DNA of 30,900 nucleotides from a virus (IMGVR_UViG_2617270950_000011), one strand, 5' to 3'. Shown: positions 1 to 10,681, counted from the first letter of the stretch. Notes: a model not told the origin generated them from the letters alone. Numbers and translations are program-made.

Positions 1-732
1 GTTCTCTGCTCCCAGCCTGATATCCTGGATATATCGGGAATCCGCATCCTGCTGTGTTATACCAGAAGTGATGTTTATGTCCTGCGTCCCGTCAAAGGGA
101 ACACCATTAATTGTGTGGGCATTTGCCAGCCTGTTCGCGGCAACGGCGGTGCCGTCCGATGGCAGGGCATTCGCCGCCCTGTTTACCGTTTCCCGTAAAC
201 CGACGTTATCGATAAAAGCCCCTTTATCCGGAATGTCTGCGCCGTTCTGCTCCCTGCGCAGGTAACGGTTATCACCTTCGCTTTTGCTGTAAACATCCAG
301 ATTATTACGGGCGGTTCCCTTATTCTCCAGGTCGGCGAGATTCTGATCCTTCGCCAGGGCATTAACGTCAGCGGGACCAAGACTGTTTTTTGTGGCAAGC
401 GTCCCCAGACCAAGATAACCACGGGCCAGACGCTGGGCCTCCGCACCGGCATCAGCAATTTCTTTCAGGTTATTTTTCCGGGAAAAGGCATTCGCAGCGA
501 TAATGGCTTTAATGGACAGCGTAAGCTGGTTTAACTGCGCCTTATCCGGCTGAATACTGGCTTCAGCCAGAATATTCAGCAGTTCGGCCTGGAGAATATT
601 CAGCCAGTCCTGACCAATCCAGCTGATACCTTTTTGTCCGTCACCTTCGGTAAACCAGGTGGTGGTATTACTCTGCGCCGGTGCCAGCGCAGGCATATTC
701 GCCACGCCGGAATTATTATCAACATGAAACAT
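1..732 (-). CDS. Tail fibre protein, N-terminal part (partial; gene continues beyond window start)
   Basis: ATG at 732-730 overlaps the upstream stop (TAATG). My translation stays open to position 1 ([35 protein letters not shown]...[45 protein letters not shown]). It is absent from the ORF track only because no stop lies in the window. Last gene of the baseplate string; LGLxETVNRA motif as in P2 H-type fibres (recalled). Confidence 0.55.
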   Translation of the reverse strand, partial: MFHVDNNSGVANMPALAPAQSNTTTWFTEGDGQKGISWIGQDWLNILQAELLNILAEASIQPDKAQLNQLTLSIKAIIAANAFSRKNNLKEIADAGAEAQRLARGYLGLGTLATKNSLGPADVNALAKDQNLADLENKGTARNNLDVYSKSEGDNRYLRREQNGADIPDKGAFIDNVGLRETVNRAANALPSDGTAVAANRLANAHTINGVPFDGTQDINITSGITQQDADSRYIQDIRLGAEN

Positions 733-1292
733 TAAATAGTCTCCTCTTCATGGCTGTTTGCATAAACGTAAATAAACGTCTGCCATGCAGGCTTATAACG
801 GTTCAGAATACATTCCAGCGCACCGCCTTCATAAATACGCAGCGGCGTGAGAATATCATCCAGCACATTCATATTCCGGTAGCCGGTTTCACTGTTAATC
901 GTGACAATACTGACCCACTGCGAATCCGGTGAGGGCTGAATGTCAATCTGATAACCAAACTCCGCCGCAAACCGGATATAAAATTCACGGTTCAGCGAGG
1001 GCTTCATCCGGTATTTATTTCCGGCATAACGCTGTCGCTCCGTGAGGGTGGCTCCGGCCATATCACACTCGGGAAGCCCGAGATAACGCTCCCAGTCTTC
1101 CAGCAGCAGGCGCGACGTGTCAGGGAAACGCTCTGCAAGCAGCTGTTTACCCGTCCAGGATACACGCGCTGTCGAATGACTGAGGCCCAGACATAATGAT
1201 GCCAGTACGGATGACGGACGCTTGTCCCATGCCAGCCCGTCAGGCAGTAACTGCAACAGGGCGCGCTGATGCGGGGTCAGGGTTACAGCCAT
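732..1292 (-). CDS. Phage tail/baseplate protein, DUF2313 (Mu gp48 / YmfQ-like)
   Basis: 186-aa ORF ([25 protein letters not shown]...) immediately downstream of the baseplate J-like gene, with overlapping stop/start; family assignment from memory. Confidence 0.55.
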   Translation of the reverse strand: MAVTLTPHQRALLQLLPDGLAWDKRPSSVLASLCLGLSHSTARVSWTGKQLLAERFPDTSRLLLEDWERYLGLPECDMAGATLTERQRYAGNKYRMKPSLNREFYIRFAAEFGYQIDIQPSPDSQWVSIVTINSETGYRNMNVLDDILTPLRIYEGGALECILNRYKPAWQTFIYVYANSHEEETI

Positions 1293-2365
1293 GTGATTTC
1301 TCCTACCGTCAGCAGCTCACTGTCTCCCGCCTGAACTGACGTCAGCGGACTGCGCACTTCAAAATCCTCCAGATTTTTCACCCCTGCCACCGCCCGCCAG
1401 AAAGACGACGGCAGAACCAGACCGCCGGGCCGGGATTCGTTATACAACAGGTCGGTCAGCGCCTGTTTTACGGCCGCCTGATTCTCCGGTGTTTTCGGGA
1501 TGATCCTGATGCTGAAGGGCACCGGCTTATTGGTCAGTTTAAACACGGTCACCGTCGGCCCCAGAGGCTGTCCGACAGGCTGGCCGGTCGCCGGATCATC
1601 ATGACTGCGGATATAATCCGCCACCCGCTGAACATCACCGTCACCGGGGAAAATATCCGGGTTATTATCCTGAACAAACGTTACCCCCACGCTGCCCGCC
1701 TGCGGCCATTCCGGGCGGCACCATGCCCGCGTCACGCCCGGCACTTCACGCGCCCAGCGTTCAAAATCATACTGCGTGCCGCCGGACGGTGGATTCTGCA
1801 CCCGGAAAACCAGACGGGAAAGCAGCTCCGGCACGGTTTCCACATCCGCACCACCGGTGATCCCCGTTCCGGTCACCGTGGCCGTCTGGTTGATCCCCGC
1901 CTGCGGTGTGATAAATGTCAGTTTTGTCCCTGCCGGGGCATTCCCCGCACGACCGGCACTTTCGGCTTCCACACTGACATTCAGCGTACCGGCCTTACCG
2001 GTCAGGGAGGTGGTGATACGGTAAACCACGCCATCACTTCGCTGGAGAAGCACACCTTCCTTGATCCCCGCATCCGTGGTCAGCATCAGCTGAACCGGCC
2101 CGTCCCCCCGAGAGGCAGGCTTACGCATGACGCCCCAGAATGCACAGTGTTTCAGCAGTTCGGCTTCATCGGCTTCGGTCGGGATGATCTGACGCGCAAT
2201 CCAGGCCAGATGCTCATGCTCCTGAGCAGATAACCCTGCCTGAGCGTAAGCAATGGCATTCAGGGTGGTTTCATTCACACCCGGCTGCGAGCCGGGCAGG
2301 CGCTGGCTGATATCCTGCTGTGTCTGCGTGATTAACTGTGCCAGCGGTAAAGGCTGATAAGGCAT
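1283..2365 (-). CDS. Baseplate J-like protein (Mu gp47 family)
   Basis: 360-aa ORF, position and size typical of the baseplate wedge J protein; ATGA overlap with the upstream gene. Confidence 0.6.
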   Translation of the reverse strand: MPYQPLPLAQLITQTQQDISQRLPGSQPGVNETTLNAIAYAQAGLSAQEHEHLAWIARQIIPTEADEAELLKHCAFWGVMRKPASRGDGPVQLMLTTDAGIKEGVLLQRSDGVVYRITTSLTGKAGTLNVSVEAESAGRAGNAPAGTKLTFITPQAGINQTATVTGTGITGGADVETVPELLSRLVFRVQNPPSGGTQYDFERWAREVPGVTRAWCRPEWPQAGSVGVTFVQDNNPDIFPGDGDVQRVADYIRSHDDPATGQPVGQPLGPTVTVFKLTNKPVPFSIRIIPKTPENQAAVKQALTDLLYNESRPGGLVLPSSFWRAVAGVKNLEDFEVRSPLTSVQAGDSELLTVGEITWL

Positions 2366-2802
2366 TACTCCCCCTTAAGATCAGCATAAAAAATCATGGG
2401 CCTCACTGAACCATCAGGCAGGGTTATGCGCACCGAAAGCGCCAGCCGCGCGTGTCCCACACGTTCTGCATGACAGACCACGGATGACGCCACGCCATCC
2501 TGACTGAGCCAGCCCAGCGCCTCATCCGCGTAAGCACGGGCACGGCTTATCACCGAGGCCAGCGTTTTTTCCCGGCTGAGAAGCCACAGACGGGAGCCAA
2601 TGGGGCGCGGGCGAAAACTGTCTCCCCACCATCCCCGGCGGTCGCGCGTACCGTCAGGGATTTCATCCGATGCCAGCGCCCGGCGGTCAGTAAACAGCGA
2701 AATCAGAACGGCCGTCAGCAGACTGTCATCCGTCAGCAGGTCGGCACCGTTCAGTTGCAGCGAACCGCATCCCTGATCCCACACAATTGCAATATCAGCC
2801 AT
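2365..2802 (-). CDS. Baseplate protein, gpW/gp25-like (Mu gp46-like)
   Basis: ORF track gives 2365..2946, but the internal ATG at 2802 (MADIAIVWDQ...) has a GGAGA ribosome-binding site and sits 3 nt upstream of the preceding gene's stop (ATGGCTGA), so the shorter 146-aa product is preferred. Confidence 0.5.
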   Translation of the reverse strand: MADIAIVWDQGCGSLQLNGADLLTDDSLLTAVLISLFTDRRALASDEIPDGTRDRRGWWGDSFRPRPIGSRLWLLSREKTLASVISRARAYADEALGWLSQDGVASSVVCHAERVGHARLALSVRITLPDGSVRPMIFYADLKGE

Positions 2803-3409
2803 TCTCCGGCACTCCTGTCTTACTGCCTTCGCCGTTATCATGATGCACATGGCCGGAATACCGTATCCCTGCAATAACGGCATCCGACATTGTGAACAGT
2901 CCCTGAGATTTCCCCGTACCCTCAAGCGCGAAATTACCCTTAACATGCAGGTTCTTATCCACCGTCACATTGCCCGTAAAGGTGGCTTCCGGCGTATCCA
3001 CCCGCATCCCCTCGTCGGCGTAAATCTCCAGCATTTTGCATGTCACAATAATGCGGCCATCCTTTGTTAACCGTATCCGGTGCCCCTCATGGTGATACAC
3101 CCCCGTATCTCCGGCTGTGAGTCCGGTCGGGCGGCTGCGCCGGTCTTCCACCACAAGCACCACAGTCTGATCCCGCTGTCCGCCCAGACAGGCAAAAAAG
3201 GTTTCCGCACCCGGCAGGGGAACGCTGATCTGCCCGTACTGCTGGGGACGCTCCACATCATCAAAGGTTTCGCCGTCCATGCCGGTGAGCTGCACATTCT
3301 GCATTTTCAGTTCGTCATGTGTGCCGGTCAGAACGCCCCGGCCAAACAACAGGCGAATACCGCGCGTTACCGGGGCAATCAGGCGGCTGAACACTTCATC
3401 ATTCATCAA
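2795..3409 (-). CDS. Baseplate assembly protein V / spike (Mu gp45-like)
   Basis: 204-aa ORF with gpV-like size and position between the gpP-like and gpW-like genes. Confidence 0.55.
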   Translation of the reverse strand: MMNDEVFSRLIAPVTRGIRLLFGRGVLTGTHDELKMQNVQLTGMDGETFDDVERPQQYGQISVPLPGAETFFACLGGQRDQTVVLVVEDRRSRPTGLTAGDTGVYHHEGHRIRLTKDGRIIVTCKMLEIYADEGMRVDTPEATFTGNVTVDKNLHVKGNFALEGTGKSQGLFTMSDAVIAGIRYSGHVHHDNGEGSKTGVPENG

Positions 3410-3427
3410 AGCTGATCCCCTGTTTTT

Positions 3428-4522
3428 TCATCTGCTGGCGAATAAAGGCATCAACATCGTCACCGGAACCCCCCGGCCCTTACTGTCCGGCTCTGCCGGA
3501 ACGATAAAGCCGTCACGCGGTGCCAGTACCAGCCGGGTGACTTCCCCGTTATGCTCATCAAGTAAAAACTCCACCTGACAGACCAGCAGTTCAGTCTGTT
3601 CTATACCGAAACGCAGGGCTGAAACACCGGTCAGCAGATTGACATCCCATAACCGGCCATCATCCCGGAACCAGCCACGCACGGTGGCAGAAAACCGTTC
3701 TGAACGGGCAATCGCACGGCGCATTTCACGCAGGGCACGCTGCCGTGCACCGGTGATGTCTGTCTGTTGATCGGCGAGGATGATTTTCGGCCGGTAGCGG
3801 CCGATCTGCTCATCACTGATGACGCCCACAGGTGCTGCCAGACGGGCGGCGGATTCGCTGTCTCCCCGTTTGCCACCACCGCGCCCGTGTCCCCGGACAC
3901 GGTATTCGCTGTATCGTCCTCGCCAGTCCGTGTTGTAATCGGCATCAAGCAGGTTATCTCCCAGCACCAGTCTGTCCGTCTGCTGGCTTCCTGCCTGGGT
4001 GAACACCAGATCGCCGTCAGCATTACTGGTCACCAGCACCCCGCGATGCCGGGCAGCACGGGTCAGCGCATCCGCCACGGTTTCTGAGTTTTCCAGCGTA
4101 AAAGAGCTGAAGGGGCGTGCAGCCGTGTCGTCGTTAACCTGCCAGCGCACGGCTATCCCGAAGGGCGCACATAAATCTGCGGCAATCTGTGCCAGCGTCC
4201 GGTTGCGCCACTGGCTGCCGGGATGGATGGCGGCACAGTCCACCAGGTCGCCGGTTTTATCCCGACCGCTGATGCTGATCTGATGACGGGTTGCACTGAT
4301 CCGCTGACTGACCTGATCCAGCCAGCCACTGATGACCGTCTGCCCGTTAATTCTGAGCGTCAGGGACTGACCGGTCCGCAGGGCTGAGGGGATGCGCTCA
4401 CCGGGCAGCATCAGCCCCAGTTCAAACGACCCGGCCAGATGCTCCAGCGAGCGACGGACGCTGACCGTCAGCCAGCCGGAAAAAATACTGCCGCCGATAT
4501 ACAGTTCAATCCTGCTGCTCAC
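3428..4522 (-). CDS. Tail protein, Mu gpP / P2 gpD family
   Basis: 364-aa ORF following the gpN-like gene; size and position as Mu P. Confidence 0.55.
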   Translation of the reverse strand: MSSRIELYIGGSIFSGWLTVSVRRSLEHLAGSFELGLMLPGERIPSALRTGQSLTLRINGQTVISGWLDQVSQRISATRHQISISGRDKTGDLVDCAAIHPGSQWRNRTLAQIAADLCAPFGIAVRWQVNDDTAARPFSSFTLENSETVADALTRAARHRGVLVTSNADGDLVFTQAGSQQTDRLVLGDNLLDADYNTDWRGRYSEYRVRGHGRGGGKRGDSESAARLAAPVGVISDEQIGRYRPKIILADQQTDITGARQRALREMRRAIARSERFSATVRGWFRDDGRLWDVNLLTGVSALRFGIEQTELLVCQVEFLLDEHNGEVTRLVLAPRDGFIVPAEPDSKGRGVPVTMLMPLFASR

Positions 4523-5864
4523 TGATCACCTCCACGCGGCGGCCACCCGGAACAAAAACCGGATCGGGGATATTGTTTCTGCGGACAAAATACTGCCAGC
4601 GGCGGCTGTTACCGGTGGCACGGTACAGCGTGACCAGTGCCGGTTCGGTGGTTCGCACCATGACCTGAAAAGCACCGGGAAGATGCACGCTCCGCGTGGT
4701 TAAATCTTCTGTCAGCGCAAGCCCTGCATCACGTAATGCAAGGGCGGTGCCGGTATGGCCCTGTGCGGACAGATCCAGCACCTGTTGTTCCATGGCATCG
4801 CTCAAATCCCGGTTGATACGCTGCACATCAGCAGAACTTTCCAGCCAGGCCAGTCCGCCCGCACGGTCAGTATCCTGAACGTGCGTCGTATTCTGCCGGA
4901 TGACCTGATCCAGCAGTTTTCCGACCGTCTGCGCCTGCGACACCAGGGCTGCACTCTGCATGACGCTCCGCAGCAGACGGATATTGTTCTGTGCCGCAGG
5001 CGTCAGACCAATCAGGCGCTGCGGATCATCCTGTTCGCTGAGGGTGTAACGCAGGGAAGAAAGTGTGCGGTACAGCTGCGGCATGGCCTGCTCTGTCGTG
5101 CTGTCACGGTTTGTGGTCAGGCTGCCGGACGGCGTTCCGGCTTTTCCGGTCAGCGACAGGGAAGGATCGCCGGGCAGCCCCGCCAGCACGGCAAACATTC
5201 CGGCCAGCGATTCAGCCATGCGACGGGGCGCATTAATCAGGGCGGCGGCATTCCCTTTCAGGGCAGTAAAACTGGCCGTAAAGGCACTGATATCCTGCAC
5301 AATCCCCATCCCTGAAACGGCATTCTCCAGCGCATCAATTTTATCGCTGATGGTGTCGGTCATGGCCTGTACATCATGCAGACCGTCTGAAATCACCGTC
5401 CAGCCGTCTGAAAGTGTGTTAAACAGCTGATTCATTGCTGAGCCGCTTTTCTGCTCCAGCGCAGCTGCCGTATCTTCTGCCACCGAAGGGGCGGTATCGT
5501 CACTGGCGGGGATCACGTTGATCGTGAACTCAACCGTTCCCTGCTCGTTGGCGTTATAACGGCTTTCAAAGCTGTTTATCAGCACGTTTAACGTGCCGTA
5601 ATCCGGGTGCATCAGTTCACCGGCACCGGGTGCACGCAGCGCATCACGCAGGCGGCTTCGCTGTGTCTGAAGATCGTCTCCGGTCACTAGAACCGTGAAT
5701 GTGAACTCCGGGAGTTTTGGCCCCAGATCATCCGCACCGCCGCTTTCACGCAGTGGGTATTCACGGCGCACAATGTTACGTCCGCCCCGTTCCCGCTGCT
5801 CCTGATAAACCAGGAACGGTACGCCACGAAAGGAGCCACGCCCCGGCGTGTCAGTAGAGGCCAT
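4506..5864 (-). CDS. Mu gpN-like tail/DNA circularisation protein
   Basis: 452-aa ORF directly downstream of the tape measure gene with overlapping boundaries. Confidence 0.5.
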   Translation of the reverse strand: MASTDTPGRGSFRGVPFLVYQEQRERGGRNIVRREYPLRESGGADDLGPKLPEFTFTVLVTGDDLQTQRSRLRDALRAPGAGELMHPDYGTLNVLINSFESRYNANEQGTVEFTINVIPASDDTAPSVAEDTAAALEQKSGSAMNQLFNTLSDGWTVISDGLHDVQAMTDTISDKIDALENAVSGMGIVQDISAFTASFTALKGNAAALINAPRRMAESLAGMFAVLAGLPGDPSLSLTGKAGTPSGSLTTNRDSTTEQAMPQLYRTLSSLRYTLSEQDDPQRLIGLTPAAQNNIRLLRSVMQSAALVSQAQTVGKLLDQVIRQNTTHVQDTDRAGGLAWLESSADVQRINRDLSDAMEQQVLDLSAQGHTGTALALRDAGLALTEDLTTRSVHLPGAFQVMVRTTEPALVTLYRATGNSRRWQYFVRRNNIPDPVFVPGGRRVEVISEQQD

Positions 5865-7908
5865 AGTTCCCTCCGTTCCAGACGTTCACATCCAGGCCAT
5901 GCTGTGCGGTATCATCCACATCAATACTGCGCGCCCGCCAGCCTTCAGGGGCCACAAGCTCCACCCGTGCGGCGGTTTTCGCGGTGGCCTGTCCGCCGTT
6001 TTCGTCACTGCTGCCACGCAGTTTCTGCCAGGCCTGCGTCAGCCAGCCCCCCAGATAATCACCGAGATAGCTGCCCACCGTGGAACCAATGGCAACCCCG
6101 ACCGGACCGGCAGCCGCCCCCAGCGCGCCACCGGCGATACTTCCGGCAAGAGAACCCACGGCACCGGCTTTATCGGCTGCACTGGCGCTGCTGTCCAGCA
6201 GTACAGGAGCCGCCATGGCACCGGCCCACAGGGCACCACCACCCAGCCGACCGGCACCACGGAACAGCCCGGCAAAACGCCCCAGCCCCATGCGGTTTCC
6301 GGCCGCCGTTAGCAGACCACCGGCACGGCTCATCATACGACCGAAGAAGCCCTGTTTACCGGCACTCTCCGCCAGTTGCTCACCGGCAGTCACGACGGTC
6401 GTGACACCCCGTCCACGTCCGGGGCCGCGTTTTTTACGGCCGCGCACGGTTTTGCCGTCACCGCTGACCACCACATCCCCGCCACCTGAGGCCAGGCCAC
6501 CCGCAGGCCAGTTGGTGACCAGCACGGGCTGAACGGCAGCCGGATTTACCCCGGTAAGGAAATTCAGGAACCGGCCAGCGCGTCCGGGCTGCGTTCCCGG
6601 TACAGTGGTCTGCGGTTTGCGGAAGGGCGACGTCAGCACGGAGGTCATCGCCATGCCATAGCGTAAGGGGGTTGCGCCGAGACGTAATGCCCCCGTCCCT
6701 GCAAACCTGAGCACCTTCAGCGCACGGGAGGCGAGATACATATACATCAGGTACTTTGCGGCGGTCTGCGCACCCTGACCAATACGATCCAGCGCATCGC
6801 CATAACCGGCGTCGCGCAGTGCCTGAAGCGTTTCCCTGACTTTCTGAATGGCCCGGTAAAAGCCGGTCGCAGCATCTCTGGCATACTCAAATCCCTGATT
6901 CAGAGCTGAGGCCGTCTGTGTGGCCAGCTTATCCTGTAAGCCGCTTTTCTGTGCCGCATCGGCATAATCCAGGAAGCCTTTCAGGCTCTTTTTCAGGCTG
7001 TCAAACGGTCCCTTTGCCATCACCTCGCGGGCAAATCCGTCCCAGACGTCGCCCATCATGGACGTCATTCCCGTCCAGGAATTCATGGCGTTTTTCTGGG
7101 CACCTTTTGCCTGTTCGGCCATCACCTGAAATAACAGGCGAATGCTGTCCGGCCCCAGTTTTCCTTTTTCGCCTTTCTCACGGATGATCTTCTGGTTTAC
7201 GCCCAGCTTATCGGCCAGTAACTGGTAAACGTTAATCCCGTATCCGGTCAGAATATTGGCGTCCGCTGCCTGGATACTCTGGCGGGCAAACATCTGTTTG
7301 AGTTGCAGGGACGCACCCTGTGCATCTGACAGTGACCAGCCGTGATAGCCGCCCTGATCCTGAAGCATGGTAATAAAGCGACGGGCTTCCCTGTCACTCA
7401 TACCGAACCCGCGACTGGAGGCGTATTCCTGCATAACCCCCGCCAGCCCCCAGGTGGTGTCTTTGGCGTTCTGTACCGCCCAGGCTTTCACTGCTTCCGT
7501 TTTTGCCGTATCGCCATGATTAATGGCGTTGAGACGCAGAATATAGTTCTCCATCTCTGCGGCCGGGCGGATAAAGGCTTTATTAAACCCGTAGACCGCA
7601 GCCCCTCCCGCCAGCATCCCGTAAAGGTTGCTTATCCGCCCGATGGTGCCGGTAATGCTGCCCTGAAGGCGGTCAAAATCTGACGTCACCGTGCGGATAC
7701 TGCCACGAACACCGGCAAGCGTTCGCTGCATACGGGAGCCGACAAGTTCTGTCTCCTGACCGGCACGACGTGCTGCATTTCCAAGACCACCCAGCCCCGT
7801 CCTGCCGGAACGGGAGAATGCCCCCAGCTCCTGTGACCACTGGCGGGATTTGGCAGAAATATTGCCGAGTAAATCGACAATCAGGGAGGCTTTCAGGTTT
7901 TTTGCCAT
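5851..7908 (-). CDS. Tail tape measure protein
   Basis: 685-aa Gly/Ala-rich ORF in the canonical position between the tube/chaperone genes and the baseplate genes. Confidence 0.7.
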   Translation of the reverse strand: MAKNLKASLIVDLLGNISAKSRQWSQELGAFSRSGRTGLGGLGNAARRAGQETELVGSRMQRTLAGVRGSIRTVTSDFDRLQGSITGTIGRISNLYGMLAGGAAVYGFNKAFIRPAAEMENYILRLNAINHGDTAKTEAVKAWAVQNAKDTTWGLAGVMQEYASSRGFGMSDREARRFITMLQDQGGYHGWSLSDAQGASLQLKQMFARQSIQAADANILTGYGINVYQLLADKLGVNQKIIREKGEKGKLGPDSIRLLFQVMAEQAKGAQKNAMNSWTGMTSMMGDVWDGFAREVMAKGPFDSLKKSLKGFLDYADAAQKSGLQDKLATQTASALNQGFEYARDAATGFYRAIQKVRETLQALRDAGYGDALDRIGQGAQTAAKYLMYMYLASRALKVLRFAGTGALRLGATPLRYGMAMTSVLTSPFRKPQTTVPGTQPGRAGRFLNFLTGVNPAAVQPVLVTNWPAGGLASGGGDVVVSGDGKTVRGRKKRGPGRGRGVTTVVTAGEQLAESAGKQGFFGRMMSRAGGLLTAAGNRMGLGRFAGLFRGAGRLGGGALWAGAMAAPVLLDSSASAADKAGAVGSLAGSIAGGALGAAAGPVGVAIGSTVGSYLGDYLGGWLTQAWQKLRGSSDENGGQATAKTAARVELVAPEGWRARSIDVDDTAQHGLDVNVWNGGNYGLY

Positions 7909-8035
7909 GGGTTACTGCTTCGTTCTGAGAATTTTTTCGGTCTGTCGGCAGTGCCGGTAAAGCTGCGATAAGGGGAGGTTAAGCGCCCACTCCGGGCCGC
8001 TTTTTGTCACCATCCCCAGCACAATTGCGGCTTCT

Positions 8036-8512
8036 TCAATCTGATCCCGGCACTGCATCTGGTCGCCCCCGTTCAGCGACCAGCTTTCCGGCCATCGCGG
8101 AATCAAGCAGGCTTACTGCCGCCATCAGTCGGGAGAGATCGCGCTCGCTGAGCTGTCCTATCTGACGCGGAGACAATGGCCCCTCAATCTGGCCGACAGC
8201 GGCAATCTGACGGCGCAGCAGCGCAATGCCGCGCAGTGCCGGTGAGGCCACAAGAACCGGACCGTTTCGGGTTTCCATAAGACGCTCGGCCTCGCTCTCC
8301 GCATCAATGCTGTCTTTTGCCGTCAGTTCGCGGAAGGTGACGCGGTATTCACGGGATTCCCCGAACGGCAGACCGTCGAGCAGATCCACATAGCCGTTCG
8401 CCAGTTGTTCAGCCAGCCCGGCGGTGCGGGGATCGCCGTCTTCAAGTGCATCCCGGATAGCCTCCATCACGGCCTCGTCAGAAACCGCCGTTTTTTTCTT
8501 ACGTGTGCTCAT
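8036..8512 (-). CDS. Putative tail assembly chaperone
   Basis: 158-aa acidic ORF between tail tube and tape measure, the position chaperones occupy in contractile-tail phages. A 64-aa ORF in the +1 frame (7912..8106) bridges to the tape measure start. Confidence 0.4.
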   Translation of the reverse strand: MSTRKKKTAVSDEAVMEAIRDALEDGDPRTAGLAEQLANGYVDLLDGLPFGESREYRVTFRELTAKDSIDAESEAERLMETRNGPVLVASPALRGIALLRRQIAAVGQIEGPLSPRQIGQLSERDLSRLMAAVSLLDSAMAGKLVAERGRPDAVPGSD

Positions 8513-8526
8513 TACATTTTTCCTGA

Positions 8527-8892
8527 TTACTGGACACGGGTACTGGTGGCGCTGGCGAACTTCGCGGAGATATCACCACCACCGTCAAGCGAGGCCGGTT
8601 CACTGCTCCAGGCCTTCGTCATCATGTGGACTTCACCGGTATCGGCCACGAACTCAATCGTGACCGCAGTCCAGGTGTTGATTTCATCGGCAGCCGGTGA
8701 ACCTTCTCCGCCAGCCGGAAATTTACAGTCCAGCGTCGCCTCACGGGGTTTCTCGCGATAGCCGTAAACTTTCGCGCCTTTCACCACTTCACGCTCAAAG
8801 CCGGACGGGGAGAACGTGGCCCCCTCAAGGGTGTCGTACTCCTGCCCGTTCACACGGATGGTGGCCGTGCCCTGATACTGTTTTCCGCTCAT
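8527..8892 (-). CDS. Tail tube protein
   Basis: 121-aa ORF immediately downstream of the sheath gene. Confidence 0.6.
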   Translation of the reverse strand: MSGKQYQGTATIRVNGQEYDTLEGATFSPSGFEREVVKGAKVYGYREKPREATLDCKFPAGGEGSPAADEINTWTAVTIEFVADTGEVHMMTKAWSSEPASLDGGGDISAKFASATSTRVQ

Positions 8893-8900
8893 GCCTTACC

Positions 8901-10403
8901 TCACAAAATGAAACGGATCTGCGCGGCCATGAAGCGGAACTGGTTAACCAGATCCGGTGTACACATCACATCCAGACGGTTACGGTCTTTTGTGTTGCGC
9001 TCCACGAGCAGATTCTTTTTAAAGGTGTCCAGATTTTCGACCAGTCCCAGATCCACCCATTCTTCCCCCAGCGAAATTAACTGAAGTTTCATGATCTCCG
9101 GTGTCACGATATTCTGACCGGCACGAACGGGCGTCCCGTCATCAGCCAGTTTATGGCGCGGAAAACGCTGCGTGATAAAGGTGCGCAGGGAATAACGCAG
9201 ATATGACAGGGTGTAGATGGTTTCCACATCCAGATAGCTGGGATCGATTTCGCCGTATGCATTCTGACGGTACATCGTCACCTGACGTTCAATCTGCACC
9301 ACATCCGCGGCCGCGACGGTCACCGTGGACATGCCGGTATAAAGCAGGCTGTTTCGCTCTTCCCGCGTCAGACGATCCGGTGCTTCAGGTGCCATACGGG
9401 CAGGCAGCGCCAGTGTCTGTAATGGTCGGGCCGGATCCGTTGACAGGGAGGGCGCACAGACCGCACAAATGGAGGCAGCCCAGACATAATCCGGCTCTGG
9501 TGCTTTAGGAATAGAAGTGCAGGTAAACAGGAAGTCATTACGGGATTCACCAAAACTGGTTGCCGTACCGAAGGTGCCGGTATGCGCCATCCAGACCATA
9601 CCGTCCGACATTTTTACCGGTCCCCAGCGTTTCAGCAGTTCATCCGCCAGAATTTTGAGATTTGCCGCATCCTTATAGGGCATGACGATGTAGTTGTACT
9701 GACGATTCCCCATCCCTGAGACGCTACGGGTGATATCGGGGTTTGTTGCCTTCTGTGTTGGCGCGACGAGCTCCAGCGTAAGACCGGCCGGTGTAGTTTC
9801 ACCGTCATAATAGTTCACCCGTAAATCATGAGCTGAGCATTCACCGATAAAGCGGGCGTTAACCCCCATGCTGCCTTTAAGTCCTTCAGCATTATCACCA
9901 CTGACTTCAGCTGCGATAGCAGTGAATGGCGCATCAGTGTCAGCGTTAATGACCTTAGCCAGCTCTTCCACAAGCTCTTTACCTTTTTTCCCCTTACTGA
10001 CGGGCAGGAGGTAACGGCGACCGCCGATGTAAACACTTAACACCCCGTCTGCCAATGCTGTTCCAATGATATTCATCACGCATGCCCTGGACTGACCTGT
10101 TCCAGCCCCCTGTGCAATGGCATATAACTCTGTGTCAGGGTTAATGGCGATAAATTCCTCTACCATCAGTGCAATCATGGAACCTCGCCCCCAGAGTTCT
10201 CTTGCTTGTGAAGCTCGGGTAATACGTACTGGTACATCAAGCTGACCGCGCCCCTGAATGGTAGTGTCTTTCATTGCAGCCTGACCAAACAACAGTACCG
10301 CCTGACGCTGTGGTGGAGTGCCGGTCACGGCCATTGAATTATTGATTTCAATCTGTACCAGCGGAATGCGATTGTTATCGCCGATATAATCAAAGTTAAT
10401 CAT
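8901..10403 (-). CDS. Contractile tail sheath protein (Mu gpL-like)
   Basis: 500-aa ORF; C-terminus ...DVMCTPDLVNQFRFMAAQIRFIL resembles sheath C-termini; followed by tube, chaperone and tape measure. Confidence 0.75.
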   Translation of the reverse strand: MINFDYIGDNNRIPLVQIEINNSMAVTGTPPQRQAVLLFGQAAMKDTTIQGRGQLDVPVRITRASQARELWGRGSMIALMVEEFIAINPDTELYAIAQGAGTGQSRACVMNIIGTALADGVLSVYIGGRRYLLPVSKGKKGKELVEELAKVINADTDAPFTAIAAEVSGDNAEGLKGSMGVNARFIGECSAHDLRVNYYDGETTPAGLTLELVAPTQKATNPDITRSVSGMGNRQYNYIVMPYKDAANLKILADELLKRWGPVKMSDGMVWMAHTGTFGTATSFGESRNDFLFTCTSIPKAPEPDYVWAASICAVCAPSLSTDPARPLQTLALPARMAPEAPDRLTREERNSLLYTGMSTVTVAAADVVQIERQVTMYRQNAYGEIDPSYLDVETIYTLSYLRYSLRTFITQRFPRHKLADDGTPVRAGQNIVTPEIMKLQLISLGEEWVDLGLVENLDTFKKNLLVERNTKDRNRLDVMCTPDLVNQFRFMAAQIRFIL

Positions 10404-10681
10404 CAGGACGTCCCCTTATCTGATGCTGCGGTTTTTTCAGCCACCGCCGCAGTTTTTTCTGCTACCGCTCCCGCTGGTTTTGCCGCCGCGCCGGTATTAG
10501 CAGTTGTGGCAGCCGGGGCAGGCTCCGCCGTTTTATCCACCACAATGACGTCGCCATCATTAAGACGGCGGCACCAGAACGGAGTGAAGGGTTTCTCTTC
10601 CCCGTCCTGAGAGAGCGGAGTCATCGTGTCGGGATCGCGGATCAGGCATCCCGGCGCAGGTTTAATAAAAATGGTTGTCAT
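10403..10681 (-). CDS. Hypothetical phage protein (Mu gp38-like position)
   Basis: 92-aa ORF with an Ala/Thr-rich C-terminus, ATGA-coupled to the sheath gene. Confidence 0.4.
   Translation of the reverse strand: MTTIFIKPAPGCLIRDPDTMTPLSQDGEEKPFTPFWCRRLNDGDVIVVDKTAEPAPAATTANTGAAAKPAGAVAEKTAAVAEKTAASDKGTS

Noticed and set aside
2803-2946. Longer 193-aa form of the gpW-like baseplate gene
   Set aside because: It would overlap the upstream gene by 150 bp; the internal start at 2802 gives stop/start coupling and a family-typical size.
5904-6532. Plus-strand ORFs of 150-166 aa (Pro/Arg/Ala-rich) inside the tape measure gene
   Set aside because: Antisense to a well-supported GC-rich gene, low-complexity composition, no ribosome-binding sites; typical spurious ORFs of GC-rich DNA. 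The same applies to the other ORF-track entries antisense to tail and gene A coding regions.
8036-8106. Canonical -1 programmed frameshift in the tail chaperone
   Set aside because: The -1 frame hits a stop almost immediately; only the +1 frame is open, so a lambda G/GT-style mechanism is not supported.
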